Shown here: one piece after another, positions 39,005 through 49,336 of the stretch | How positions within the stretch are numbered: the first letter of the stretch is position 1 | Layout: every line of letters starts with the position of its first letter | Assembly: GCA_964463655.1 (NCBI GenBank) | Contig: CAYXDG010000006.1 | Span: forward strand, 3,405-67,404 | Origin: an uncultured Dactylococcopsis sp. | GTDB taxonomy: Bacteria > Cyanobacteriota > Cyanobacteriia > Cyanobacteriales > Rubidibacteraceae | Direction of reading: 5' to 3' | DNA: 64,000 nucleotides | The notes under the pieces: model-generated | Told to the model about the DNA's origin: nothing | What the model saw: the letters and a program-made list of their open reading frames with translations, nothing else | Database searches by the model: none | Made by a program: the position numbers and the translations under genes

Positions 39005-42000
39005 TGATGATTGACACCACTGGTAATTTTACGCTCCATCATATTTTCTCCTTGAAGCATTCGTTTGGCTGCATCTAAGAGTATTTCTTCTAAATAGGGT
39101 TTGGTGAAGTATCCTTTTGCTCCTAACCGCGCTGCCATTTGTCGATGACGTTCTGCTCCTCGGGAGGTTAACATTCCCACTGGCAAATCAGCAAACCGTT
39201 CTTCTTCTTTCACGCGGGAGAGGAGTTCTAAGCCATCCATTTTAGGCATTTCAATGTCACAGAACATCATATCGCAGGCTAAGCCAGCGCGGAGTTTTTC
39301 CCATGCTTCTTTTCCATCCCTTGCTTGTTCCACGCGGTATCCAGCTTTAACAAAGCTCATGGAGAGTAATTCACGAACTGTAATCGAGTCATCGACGATT
39401 AAGACCATTGGTTCAGCATCTACTTCAGACAGTTCTTGTTCAACAGGAGGGGGAATCACATCTTTACGAACTCGTCCGTAGAAGAGGTCAATCAGTTGTA
39501 AAACATCGGCGATCGCCATCACGCTGCCATCGGAAGTAACGGTGACCCCAGCAATGCCCACTGGTCGGGGAACTGGGCCGGTCAGTTGTTTAATTACAAC
39601 TTCTTGTTGTCCTACTAACACTTGATCCACTTGAACAGCAATGACACTCCCTGTACTTTGGAGAACCACCACTGACATTTCTTCTGCTTCTTCTCTGGCT
39701 GCGAAGACATTGCTTCGAGTCATGGTTCGATTGTAATATAGGAGTTCCGACAAGTGTTTAAATGGAATCTCGGCGGCAGTTTTCTGCGATCGAATGAAGC
39801 GTTCTCCTTTTTCATTAATGAAAATTTGATCTTTGGTGGTTTGAATTTGTTCTTCGACCCCATCGACTGGAAACGCGATGTCAGATTGATTGAGCTTACA
39901 ACGCAGAGCCGTGGTAATACTCAAGGTTAGTGGCAGCACGATCGTAAAGATTGTTCCTTTGCCAAGAGTAGAATCAATATTAATAGTTCCTCGGAGTTTA
40001 TTCAAGGCCGATCGCACAACATCCATTCCGACCCCTCGTCCTGACCAGCCATCTGCTACATCTTTGGTACTAAATCCTGGATGGAAAATGAAGTCAAAGG
40101 CATCAAGATCAGAAAGATTTTTTGCTTCTGCTTCCGAAGTTATGCCTTTCTCGATCGCTTTTTTTCGGATGCGTGCTGCATCAAGTCCTGCGCCATCATC
40201 GGAAATCGAAATAATGGTTTGGTTTCCTTTGAGAGTCGCTGCAACTTTAATCAATCCTGTTTCTGGTTTCCCTGCTTTCTTACGTTCTTCTGGCAGTTCA
40301 ATACCATGAGTAATGGCATTATTAACCAAGTGTGTCATCGGGTCATAAAGTTGTTCTAGAATCATTTTATCGACTAACGTCGTTTCCCCTTCTATTTGCA
40401 ACTTGGCTTTCTTGTTGAGCTTGATTGAAATTGACCGTACGGCTCGGGGTAAGCGATTGGAGACTTGGGAAAAAGGCACCATTCGCGCTGAGGTGAATCC
40501 TTCTTGGAGTTGGGTAGTGACTTGACGGAAAACTCGCGCTTCTTGCTCCACTTTATCCACTAAGAATTCAATATCAGAGCTAGATTCCCGAACCCGCACA
40601 ATCAACTCAATCATTTCTTGAGAGAGGGTGTGAAACCCACTAAAGCGGTCCATTTCCAAGGGATTATATTGTTCTCCATTGTTGCTCGGGTAGCTCCCAA
40701 AACCACTATCATTGCCTCTTGTTGTTAGGGAACGGTTGCCATAATGAGACTGACTGTTCATTAATGCTGCTTCTAGCAAAGACCGTTCATAGAGGTCTTG
40801 CATTCTCACTCCAAGTTCGTTGAGATTTTGAACTTGTTCTAATAAGTTATCTAAGAATTGTCGCAATCGTTCTTGGTCTTGTTCCAAGCTATTCCGATTC
40901 ACCACTAATTCCCCAATTAAGTTATTCAGATTATCCATGAGGCGGACGGAGACTTTAACGGTCTGTTCATATCCCAATGAGCGGCCTACTGCTGCTTTCG
41001 GCGTGGAGGCTAAATCGTTGTCATTGTTTGTTCTTATGAGGGACTCTGATGGAGTCAGGGGAGATTCTTCGATATAGGCTTCTAAGGTAGCGCTATCAAT
41101 TGCTTGCGGAGCGAGTTGTGTTTGAGGAGGGGCTTTAATCAGTTCTTCTAATTGCTCGATCGCTTGGTAATATTGAATTTCATGGCTAAAGGAAAAGGCT
41201 GAGATTTCTGAGGCTGCTGCTTCATATTCTGGGTTGTATGCTTCTGCTTGTAGAAACGTGCCGGGGCTAGTTTCAAAAACACCTCCTAAGTCTTCTCGGG
41301 GTTCTTCGGGCTGAGATATTCCCTCTTGAATGACTTCAGATTGTTCTTCTTCCAAGAATAGATCAAGCTCATTGTTAGCCGAGAAAGTTCCTTGGTGTTC
41401 GGTTTCCTTTGGATCATCGAGGAGTGCTTCTAGTGCATCATCCAGATTTTGAGTTTCATCGTCACCAAAAAGGTCATCTAGGGAATCGTCATCATCTTTA
41501 GGTGCGAGATCATCTTCGTCCCAGAGCCACTGTGAGTTATCCTCGGCTTCATTGGCTGTTTCGTCTTCCAAGAGTTCAATGATGGTCTCATCGGGGCGCT
41601 GACGATAGTTGGATTTTCCTTGGCTCTTTAGTTTTTGTTGCTCCGTCCAAGGGTCAAGATTGAGGTCTAGGGTATCGTCGGACGCACTTGACACTCGTTG
41701 CTTGCCAAATCGTGAGATTTCTGGTTGATCGGCGATGGTTTCTTGTTGGTTGATCTCTTTTTGTCTGGGAATTTCAATTTTGATTTCATCCTCATCGCTG
41801 TTTGTTTGCGTATCCCACGGCGAAGATAAAGAGGATAGCTGCCTTGACATTGCCTTGAGGGGTTGGCTAGGTTTAATTGTATTGGGCTGTCCTCTAGCAA
41901 TTAATTTTTGTGCTTCTCGAATGTCGGCGATCGCGCATTCGGCTGCTACCTTAACCGAGTTTTCTGTTGCTGCGATCGCGCTTTTCGCTGTTTTTAGCAA

Positions 42001-42630
42001 CTCCACCCACTTCGTTAATTGTCTTTGCCCTCCAATTTGCTCTAAAGTCTGACAATGTTCTTTGATATCATTACGGTAGTGTGACGGATTTTCGCCATTT
42101 AAAATGATTTCCATTGCTTCTAACTCAGCATTGACTTGCTCATCAAAAAAGAAGTCATTATCTGAGACTAACTCACTCATGGTTGCTTCTTCATGGAGAA
42201 TCCGAGACTTGAGGTGACGTTCAGCTTCTGCTAATTTGGGTCGTAGTTCTTGCCACACTGCTTGCTCGATCGGCTTTGTATATTCTACTGGTTCGTTTAG
42301 GGCGTACATTTCCAATAGACCCTTAAACATCTCAAAAATACGCCACAGAATGTCTTCAAGTTTCTTATCGCTCACCACTGAAGCCGTTCTCATCATCCCA
42401 AAACAGTCTTCAAAAAACTGAGCGGTTTGTTGAATGGTCTCTAGATTATTCTTGGCTGCTCCTCTGGTTAAAACTTGAGCAGATTGATGGAGACTTTCTA
42501 GGGTTTCTCTTTGCTTGACAACACCTGATACGTTGAGCAACCCGCGCTCAATCTTTTCCAGATGAGTTTTTGCTTCTTGTAAGTATTGTTTTCGATTTTG
42601 GGAGTTAGATTCAGTTGGCTGCATAATCAC
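39001..42630 (-). CDS. Hybrid CheA-CheW-receiver chemotaxis kinase (PilL-like) with degenerate N-terminal Hpt
   Basis: HLVNNAITHGIE, SDDGAG, FHPGFST, SGRGVGMDVV, CheW domain, receiver VDDS..CDIEMP..TKP. Confidence 0.9.
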   Translation of the reverse strand: MIMQPTESNSQNRKQYLQEAKTHLEKIERGLLNVSGVVKQRETLESLHQSAQVLTRGAAKNNLETIQQTAQFFEDCFGMMRTASVVSDKKLEDILWRIFEMFKGLLEMYALNEPVEYTKPIEQAVWQELRPKLAEAERHLKSRILHEEATMSELVSDNDFFFDEQVNAELEAMEIILNGENPSHYRNDIKEHCQTLEQIGGQRQLTKWVELLKTAKSAIAATENSVKVAAECAIADIREAQKLIARGQPNTIKPSQPLKAMSRQLSSLSSPWDTQTNSDEDEIKIEIPRQKEINQQETIADQPEISRFGKQRVSSASDDTLDLNLDPWTEQQKLKSQGKSNYRQRPDETIIELLEDETANEAEDNSQWLWDEDDLAPKDDDDSLDDLFGDDETQNLDDALEALLDDPKETEHQGTFSANNELDLFLEEEQSEVIQEGISQPEEPREDLGGVFETSPGTFLQAEAYNPEYEAAASEISAFSFSHEIQYYQAIEQLEELIKAPPQTQLAPQAIDSATLEAYIEESPLTPSESLIRTNNDNDLASTPKAAVGRSLGYEQTVKVSVRLMDNLNNLIGELVVNRNSLEQDQERLRQFLDNLLEQVQNLNELGVRMQDLYERSLLEAALMNSQSHYGNRSLTTRGNDSGFGSYPSNNGEQYNPLEMDRFSGFHTLSQEMIELIVRVRESSSDIEFLVDKVEQEARVFRQVTTQLQEGFTSARMVPFSQVSNRLPRAVRSISIKLNKKAKLQIEGETTLVDKMILEQLYDPMTHLVNNAITHGIELPEERKKAGKPETGLIKVAATLKGNQTIISISDDGAGLDAARIRKKAIEKGITSEAEAKNLSDLDAFDFIFHPGFSTKDVADGWSGRGVGMDVVRSALNKLRGTINIDSTLGKGTIFTIVLPLTLSITTALRCKLNQSDIAFPVDGVEEQIQTTKDQIFINEKGERFIRSQKTAAEIPFKHLSELLYYNRTMTRSNVFAAREEAEEMSVVVLQSTGSVIAVQVDQVLVGQQEVVIKQLTGPVPRPVGIAGVTVTSDGSVMAIADVLQLIDLFYGRVRKDVIPPPVEQELSEVDAEPMVLIVDDSITVRELLSMSFVKAGYRVEQARDGKEAWEKLRAGLACDMMFCDIEMPKMDGLELLSRVKEEERFADLPVGMLTSRGAERHRQMAARLGAKGYFTKPYLEEILLDAAKRMLQGENMMERKITSGVNHQ

Positions 42631-42795
42631 CTCGGTCTCTTTAATTATTTTGGCGTTTTTAGTGAGTAAAGTTTATTATATTGACTGAAATCACATTTGA
42701 GAAGTTAAGGGCTTGGGTTTTGGGGCAAAGCAATTGATTGGTATTAACTTATTCTATAATCTAGCACCTTATTATTTGTACGGTTTAGCTACCAC

Positions 42796-43731
42796 TCACT
42801 GTTCTTGTCGATAGCCGAACTCAGCGACAAGTCGCGCTGAGTCTCTCCACTTTGATTGTACTCTAACAAATAATTCTAAATACACTTTTCCCGCCATAAT
42901 TTTTTGCATTTCAGCACGAGCAGCGCTACCAATACGTTTGAGCATTCCTCCTTTTTTGCCAATTAAAATTCCTTTCTGAGAAGGACGTTCGACATTAATG
43001 GTTGCTCTGATGGTGGTTAACTCTTTTTGTTCAATCATTTCATCAATGATAATGGCGACAGAATGAGGAATTTCTTGGCGAGTTTCTCGTAGGATTTGCT
43101 CTCGAATTAATTCGGCCATCACTAACTGTTCTGGTTGATCGCTGACCACTGCTGGGGGATAATAATAAGGGCCAATTTCTAAGTGGGTGCTGAGCTTGGT
43201 TTGCAGTTGTTCAATTCCCACACCTGTTAAGGCTGAAAATTCTAAAGTTTCCCAGTTTTGATCTTGAAAAAGCTCTTGATAAGTTTGCCAATTTTGCTCT
43301 TTTTGTTCGGTGCTGATTAAATCAGTTTTATTAAAGCCTACGATGACAGAAACGGCTTTTTTCTTGAGTAATTGAATAATATAACGATCGCCCCCTCCTG
43401 CTGGAGTTGACCCATCGACAATGAATAAACTTAAATCCACGGCTTCGATCGTGCTTTCAGCATTTTTCACAATCACTCGTCCTAACTCATGATGAGGTTT
43501 ATGAATCCCTGGGGTATCCACAAAAATAATTTGGGCGGTTTCTGTGGTTAAAATTCCTCGTATGCGGTTGCGAGTGGTTTGCGCGACGGGGGAAGTAATC
43601 GCGACTTTTTCCCCTACCAAACAATTCATCAGAGTTGATTTTCCCACATTAGGTCGTCCAATCAGTCCAACAAATCCCGACTTAAATTCTGGCGGTGCGA
43701 CAGGAATCATTCCGATTTCATTGATGATCAT
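42796..43731 (-). CDS. era: GTPase Era
   Basis: GRPNVGKSTL, QTTR, DTPG, NKTD, KH domain. Confidence 0.96.
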   Translation of the reverse strand: MIINEIGMIPVAPPEFKSGFVGLIGRPNVGKSTLMNCLVGEKVAITSPVAQTTRNRIRGILTTETAQIIFVDTPGIHKPHHELGRVIVKNAESTIEAVDLSLFIVDGSTPAGGGDRYIIQLLKKKAVSVIVGFNKTDLISTEQKEQNWQTYQELFQDQNWETLEFSALTGVGIEQLQTKLSTHLEIGPYYYPPAVVSDQPEQLVMAELIREQILRETRQEIPHSVAIIIDEMIEQKELTTIRATINVERPSQKGILIGKKGGMLKRIGSAARAEMQKIMAGKVYLELFVRVQSKWRDSARLVAEFGYRQEQ

Positions 43732-44872
43732 TTTCTTCTCCTGTTTCTAAAATGGTTAAAACATATTCTCCTTCATTGACACCTTGATTAATTGCTCGAT
43801 CGAACACCCAACCTGATGCTTCTGCTTCTATTTTAATGACATCCATTTTTTGGGCTGCTTTATCCATTGTTAAGATTTGATAAATTATCTCACCTGCGAC
43901 AACGGTTTGTTTTAATTCAACACAGCTTTGAATAATACCACCCGTGGGAGCATAGTATCTTTTCAGTTGATCTTTACTAACGATCTCGAGGGGATAATTT
44001 TGAGTTTCAGGAACAGGAAAACCAGAGACTTTAACAATGCCTTGACTGGCTAAATAATTCTGAATTCCTCTCACGCCTGTTTGAACAGATTGAGGATTTG
44101 CTGTCATGCCACTCCCCAATTCTAAGGTAAAGGAAGCAACCTGAAATGTCAGTTTTCTTCCCAATTTGAGAAAGGCTTTTTCCAAGGATAGCCAAGGTTT
44201 AATAAAGGCTTCATCAAAGGTGTAACCAGTGGGCTGATCCACCAGCAGAGCCACATCAAAAAGAAAGGCTTTGGTCTGTTCTTCTCGACCAGGAAAGGTA
44301 AATAAATAATCAACCCCTTGATTGCTTGAACTATGGAGATCAATAACATAATTGGCATCGATCGCCAAGGATTGTAAAATTTGTTGATATTGGGTGGGAT
44401 AGGGAAGATAACTGGCTTTTTGATTCAATTTAATTCTCCCTTGAAACTGGTGCTGAATTTTGTTAATATAGGCTTGATAAATGGTTTCTAAGGAGTCGTT
44501 TAAATAAGTTTTTACAAATTGGTTTAAGTTTTCAGTTTCTGTGTTATAATTCCAAAAAATACGATTCCAATCTTTGCCATCATAACTATTATACCGTCCC
44601 GAACTAAAGAAATGCGATCGCTGATTCATGCCCACAGGATTGCAAGCAGGGACTAGCCAAATTTCCCCAGATAGTTGGGATTTGTCTAACTGAGAGAGCC
44701 ACGCAAAAAGCTCTTTAATGACAAGATTGCCAACAATTTCTGCCCCATGTAAATTGGCTTGAAGATAAACTTTTTGACCTGACTTTTCCCCAAAAAATTG
44801 ATAAACTTGTAGGGTAAGGCGATCGCCAGAGGAGAGACGACGGAGATTGAAGGTTTTAACTTGAGCTTCCAT
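43718..44872 (-). CDS. Succinylglutamate desuccinylase/aspartoacylase family (M14-like) protein
   Basis: QANLHGAEIVG, NPVG, DWNR, IDLHSS, TLELG. Confidence 0.85.
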   Translation of the reverse strand: MEAQVKTFNLRRLSSGDRLTLQVYQFFGEKSGQKVYLQANLHGAEIVGNLVIKELFAWLSQLDKSQLSGEIWLVPACNPVGMNQRSHFFSSGRYNSYDGKDWNRIFWNYNTETENLNQFVKTYLNDSLETIYQAYINKIQHQFQGRIKLNQKASYLPYPTQYQQILQSLAIDANYVIDLHSSSNQGVDYLFTFPGREEQTKAFLFDVALLVDQPTGYTFDEAFIKPWLSLEKAFLKLGRKLTFQVASFTLELGSGMTANPQSVQTGVRGIQNYLASQGIVKVSGFPVPETQNYPLEIVSKDQLKRYYAPTGGIIQSCVELKQTVVAGEIIYQILTMDKAAQKMDVIKIEAEASGWVFDRAINQGVNEGEYVLTILETGEENDHQ

Positions 44873-45024
44873 GAAAAAATAGGAGACGACGAAGGAACAA
44901 TTAGTGAAAAGGAATCATCCACTAAGGATAGACATTGCCAAATTGTAGGCAAAATAGTAACCTTAATGTCAAAATCAAGAACAGATTAATCTGATTTATT
45001 AGCAACGCGAGGCATAAGAACATC

Positions 45025-46962
45025 GTGTCGAAGACAACAGTTCGGCAAACCAACACACCCAGCAAGCGATCGCTCTGGGAACATACCCTACAGTTTACGA
45101 AAGGGGTGGCAAAATCTGCCACAGGGACAATCGTTTGTCTTAGTTTACTCAGTGGCGCTGTGATCACAGGGGGTCTTGTGGGATTAGCCCTCAGTTTCCG
45201 TAATTTGCCAGATGTGAGGGTCTTAGAAAGTTATTCTCCCACAGAAACCAGTTATATTTATGACATTAAAGGTCGTTTGCTCAGTCGTCTGCATGGGGAA
45301 GCCAACCGTGAGGTGGTGGAGTTAGAAGAGATTTCCCCAGAGTTGAAACAAGCCGTCCTCGCGATCGAGGATAGTCATTTTTATCAACATCAAGGAGTGA
45401 ATCCCACCAGCATTGCCCGCGCTTTATTGGTCAACTGGGAAAGCGGACAAGTGGTAGAAGGCGCTTCGACCATCACCATGCAGTTGGTAAAAAATGTTTT
45501 CCTCTCTCCAGAGCGGTCTTTTAATCGTAAACTGGCCGAAGCGGTGTTAGCCTTACGAGTGGAGCAAGTCTTTAGTAAAGATGAAATTTTAGAAATGTAT
45601 CTCAATACGATTTATTGGGGACATAATAATTATGGCGTGGAAACGGCGGCCAAAAGCTACTTCCAGAAGTCTGCGGATGAATTAACCCTCTCTGAAGCAG
45701 CGATGATGGCAGGATTAATTCAAGCGCCAGAACAGTACAGTCCGTTTATTAATTATGGGGAAACCAAACGGCGACAAGCAGTGGTGTTAAACCGTATGGA
45801 AGAATTAGGTTGGATTACCGCAAAAAATGCAGACGAAGCCCTTTCAGCCCCTCTATTAGTAGGAAAACCCACCGCTTGGCAACAAAGCAAGCTGCCCGTG
45901 ATTACAGAAGCCGTCAGAGCCGAATTAAATCAGCGTTTCGGTAAAGAAGTTATCGAAGAAGGAGGGTTGCGCGTCCAAACCAGTATTGATCTCTTTTTCC
46001 AGCGCATGGCTGAAGAAACCGTACAGGATGCTCATCAACAGTTAACGCAACGGGGTTTGAGAAATCACCAGATCGCGATCGTAGCGGTTGATCCGCGGAC
46101 TCATTTTGTCAAAGCAATGGTGGGAAGTGTTAATTATGAAAGCAGTCAGTTTAATCGGGCGATGCAATCCCGCCGTCAACCAGGGTCATCCTTCAAGCCG
46201 TTTGTTTTCTACACAGCTTTTGCGACGGGGAAATACACTCCAGAGTCAATGATTCAGGACACTCCTGTTCGCTATCGTGATGGCTCTGGCTACTATGAAC
46301 CTCAGAATTATGGGGGCGGTTTTGCCGGGTCAGTGAGTCTGCGCTCCACTTTGAAGCAATCTCGTAACGTCCCTGCTGTTAAACTGGGTCAGGAGATCGG
46401 GTTGAGTAATGTCATTGAGGTTACCAATAAGCTAGGAATTGAAAGCCCATTACAGCCTGTTATTTCACTGCCATTAGGCTCGATCGGGGTCACTCCTTTA
46501 GAAATAGCTGGCGCTTATGCGACTTTTGCCAACAATGGCTGGCATTCCGATCCAACATTTATCGTGCGGGTCACAGATAGTCAAGGCAATGTCTTGTTAG
46601 ACAATCAGCCAGAACCGAAATTAGTCTTGGATCAGTGGGCAGTTGCCTCTCTCAATAGCGTCTTACAAGAGGTGGTACTATCGGGAACAGGAACGGCTGC
46701 TCAGTTAGGTCGCCCTGTTGCTGGTAAAACAGGAACAACCACCTCCGAACGAGATGTGTGGTTTGTGGGTTATGTTCCCCAGTTAGCCACTGCGGTTTGG
46801 ATTGGTAATGACGATTATCGTCCCCTTGGTTATGGGGTGACAGGAGGCGGTTTTGCTGCTCCAGTCTGGCGTAAATTTATGCAAAGAGCTTTAGAGGGTG
46901 AACCTATCCAGCAATTTGCAGCACCCAGTCAATTTCAGCGCCCACAACCCTCCTCAAACTAG
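45025..46962 (+). CDS. Class A penicillin-binding protein (PBP1A family)
   Basis: EDSHFYQH, GASTITMQL, RKLAE; GSSFKP, SRN, GKTGT. Confidence 0.95.
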   Translation: MSKTTVRQTNTPSKRSLWEHTLQFTKGVAKSATGTIVCLSLLSGAVITGGLVGLALSFRNLPDVRVLESYSPTETSYIYDIKGRLLSRLHGEANREVVELEEISPELKQAVLAIEDSHFYQHQGVNPTSIARALLVNWESGQVVEGASTITMQLVKNVFLSPERSFNRKLAEAVLALRVEQVFSKDEILEMYLNTIYWGHNNYGVETAAKSYFQKSADELTLSEAAMMAGLIQAPEQYSPFINYGETKRRQAVVLNRMEELGWITAKNADEALSAPLLVGKPTAWQQSKLPVITEAVRAELNQRFGKEVIEEGGLRVQTSIDLFFQRMAEETVQDAHQQLTQRGLRNHQIAIVAVDPRTHFVKAMVGSVNYESSQFNRAMQSRRQPGSSFKPFVFYTAFATGKYTPESMIQDTPVRYRDGSGYYEPQNYGGGFAGSVSLRSTLKQSRNVPAVKLGQEIGLSNVIEVTNKLGIESPLQPVISLPLGSIGVTPLEIAGAYATFANNGWHSDPTFIVRVTDSQGNVLLDNQPEPKLVLDQWAVASLNSVLQEVVLSGTGTAAQLGRPVAGKTGTTTSERDVWFVGYVPQLATAVWIGNDDYRPLGYGVTGGGFAAPVWRKFMQRALEGEPIQQFAAPSQFQRPQPSSN

Positions 46963-47276
46963 GGGTGCAGTTCGGATTTCATCCGCTCTAAAGTTTGGTG
47001 CATCTGGTCAAACATTTGTTGTGGGGTCATGCTAAACTGTCCCAGTTGATTTTTAAGCTGTTCCACAGTCATTTGCGCCATAAAATCTTCTGAGAGTTCA
47101 AAGCGTTTCATAAAAATCTTATATCGTTCGAGAAGCTCTTCCATGCGCTCAATGTAGAGCTTTTTACCTTCATAATCAAATTTGCCATATTTGCCTCCCA
47201 ATTCCATGAGGTCTTGATAGTCTTCAAATAACTGCTTAGCCTCTTGTTGGACGACTTCCGAATCAAAAATTCCCAT
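46959..47276 (-). CDS. DUF1825 family protein
   Basis: FDSEVVQQEAKQLF, FMKRFELSEDFMAQMT. Confidence 0.85.
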   Translation of the reverse strand: MGIFDSEVVQQEAKQLFEDYQDLMELGGKYGKFDYEGKKLYIERMEELLERYKIFMKRFELSEDFMAQMTVEQLKNQLGQFSMTPQQMFDQMHQTLERMKSELHP

Positions 47277-47381
47277 GATAATCCGTTGCTTAATATAGTG
47301 TTTTACTAATTATCTTCTAATTTTAAGGGAAGAAAAACACAGCAGACAATTCGGTTTCCCGTATGATCAGGGAAACATCCA

Positions 47382-47825
47382 ATGATTGAATCAATGTTCT
47401 TGACACCCGAAAAAAGTCAAAAATTAGCCGTGATCTTGGCAATGGTCAGTGGGGTGACTCCCTTGTCAGGGCTACACAAATTTTATCTGGGACAACCTTG
47501 GTGGGGACTGGTTTATCTATTTCTCTCCCTGACATTAACTCCTCTTGAGAGTGAAGTGTGGTTTCTCCCTTACTTTGGCATCGCTCAGACTGCTAGTTTA
47601 TTAGAAGCAGTTTGGTATTTTATACAGTCAGAAGACAATTTTCAGACTCGTTTTAATCAAAACTCAATGTCTTCTTTTGGCGATCGAGAAACCCAGAAAG
47701 TGCGTTTAGTGGGAGAAACCGTCGCAGCGATCCGTCAGTTAGATCAGTTGCGCGAAGAAGGATTACTGTCTGAGTATGAGTTTGAACAACAACGTCGTCA
47801 GCTTATGGAGAGGATTCGGAATTAA
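47382..47825 (+). CDS. TM2/NINE domain membrane protein with C-terminal SHOCT-like segment
   Basis: GLHKFYLGQPWWG; LDQLREEGLLSEYEFEQQRRQL. Confidence 0.8.
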   Translation: MIESMFLTPEKSQKLAVILAMVSGVTPLSGLHKFYLGQPWWGLVYLFLSLTLTPLESEVWFLPYFGIAQTASLLEAVWYFIQSEDNFQTRFNQNSMSSFGDRETQKVRLVGETVAAIRQLDQLREEGLLSEYEFEQQRRQLMERIRN

Positions 47826-47828
47826 CCC

Positions 47829-48350
47829 ATGTTTGTGTTAAATCCCCGCTTACTTTGGTTACGGAATAAGATTAAAAATGATCCTTACTATCGCTTTCAG
47901 TCTTTAGAAGAGATCGCGATCGCGGCTCAGTTAGGGATTACCATAGAAGTCAACACCGCAACTGTAGATGATTGGTTACGTCTCCCTGGTGTTTCCATTC
48001 GTCAGGCACAAACCCTAACCGTTTTAACCACGTCGGGTATTCAGTTTTTCTCCTTGGAAGAAATTGCAGTGGCTTTGAATCTTCCCCCACAGCGCCTGCA
48101 ACCTTTAGCCCCTATTTTAAGATTTAGTTTTGTCGATGAAGAAAGCACGCTCTCCCCAGTCCAGATTAACCCCAATACGGCCACTGTGGAAGCATTAGCC
48201 CAAATCCCCTTTCTAGATGAAACCCTAGCTGCAAAAGTTGTGGCGAATCGGCTTGAGCAAGGGAATTATCGCAGTTTAGCCGATTTTCATCAACGACTTG
48301 GATTAGAGGCAAAATTGACTTCACAGTTGATGCACTATTTACGGTTTTAA
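47829..48350 (+). CDS. ComEA-like helix-hairpin-helix DNA-binding protein
   Basis: IEVNTATVDDWLRLPGV and INPNTATVEALAQIP HhH repeats. Confidence 0.85.
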   Translation: MFVLNPRLLWLRNKIKNDPYYRFQSLEEIAIAAQLGITIEVNTATVDDWLRLPGVSIRQAQTLTVLTTSGIQFFSLEEIAVALNLPPQRLQPLAPILRFSFVDEESTLSPVQINPNTATVEALAQIPFLDETLAAKVVANRLEQGNYRSLADFHQRLGLEAKLTSQLMHYLRF

Positions 48351-48427
48351 TGCAATTGATACAATCGGGCAAAAATTAGTGTGCGAGGCAAAACCGACAT
48401 GGTATGGTGATCCCTTCAATGGGTGGG

Positions 48428-48483
48428 AACCAATAACCAATAACCAATAACCAATAACCAATAACCAATAACCAATAACCAAT
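48428..48483. repeat. Heptamer tandem repeat (AACCAAT)x8
   Basis: 56 bp perfect tract. Confidence 0.97.
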
Positions 48484-48624
48484 TTAGAAGCTGGAAAGGT
48501 GATTGCCTTACCTAAATTACTCCAGCCATTTGAAGTTTCTCTGTTTCGGTTTGATTTGTCAAGTCAAATTTAAGCAATTTCAGCCAGTTAATTCAGAGTT
48601 TTTATTGAGAATTAAAGCAGACTT

Positions 48625-48951
48625 TTAGCTCTCAGGACATTGAACCGCAGGACGCAAAGCTGCATTTTCTCGCAGTTGCTTGAGGTATTCTTCTAGGGCT
48701 AAAAGTTGTGATAAATTCAAAGAATAATAAACCCAACGACCTTCTTGACGCGATCGCGCTAACCCTGCTTCTCTTAAAATCTTTAAATGAAATGATAACT
48801 TGGATTGGGAAACATCCACGCGATCGCGCAGATCGCACACACATAATTCTTGTTCTTGTAATAATTCTAGAACCTGCAACCTTAAGGGGTCTGATAATGC
48901 TTGAAACCCTGTCGTCATTAATTGAGAATCTACTTCTGATGTGGTTAACAT
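48625..48951 (-). CDS. ArsR/SmtB family transcriptional repressor
   Basis: FQALSDPLRL, ELCVCDL metal site, SQSKLSFHLKIL HTH. Confidence 0.9.
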   Translation of the reverse strand: MLTTSEVDSQLMTTGFQALSDPLRLQVLELLQEQELCVCDLRDRVDVSQSKLSFHLKILREAGLARSRQEGRWVYYSLNLSQLLALEEYLKQLRENAALRPAVQCPES

Positions 48952-49336
48952 TGCGATCGTTTTTAAGCTAAAAAAACTAATATTTAACTAAATTGTATAT
49001 GATTCGATAAGCACTTTGAGCGGTTTTCTCGATCGCTGCTCATCTTGAGTTGCCTTTGTCGATAGATATTCGTGCCAATTTTTAGCATCTCACTATGAAT
49101 TTTAGCACAATTTTTCTCTGGCTAAGTCTTTTCCTGATTTCCCTTGAGAGTTGATAGTCTCACAAGAGTTTTTCGGTTTTGATCGCTAATAGTAAACTCT
49201 GCTTAAATTGAGATCAAGTTGAAAACAATTCCTTGTCGGATCAGGCAATCAGACAAATCAGTTAAACGCTTCAAAATGAGCAAGACAATTTTTAAAAAAT
49301 CCCCCTCAACCTGTAAACTAATGATACAAGGACGTA

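Noticed and set aside
46959-46962. Convergent 4-bp stop overlaps (CTAG here, TTAA at 51505-51508) and the era/AstE-family overlap at 43718-43731
   Set aside because: Ordinary genome compaction; no further evidence of function.
48428-48483. Heptamer tracts as a CRISPR or coding repeat
   Set aside because: Simple tandem 7-mers without spacers. Short tandem repeats of this kind are well known in cyanobacteria.
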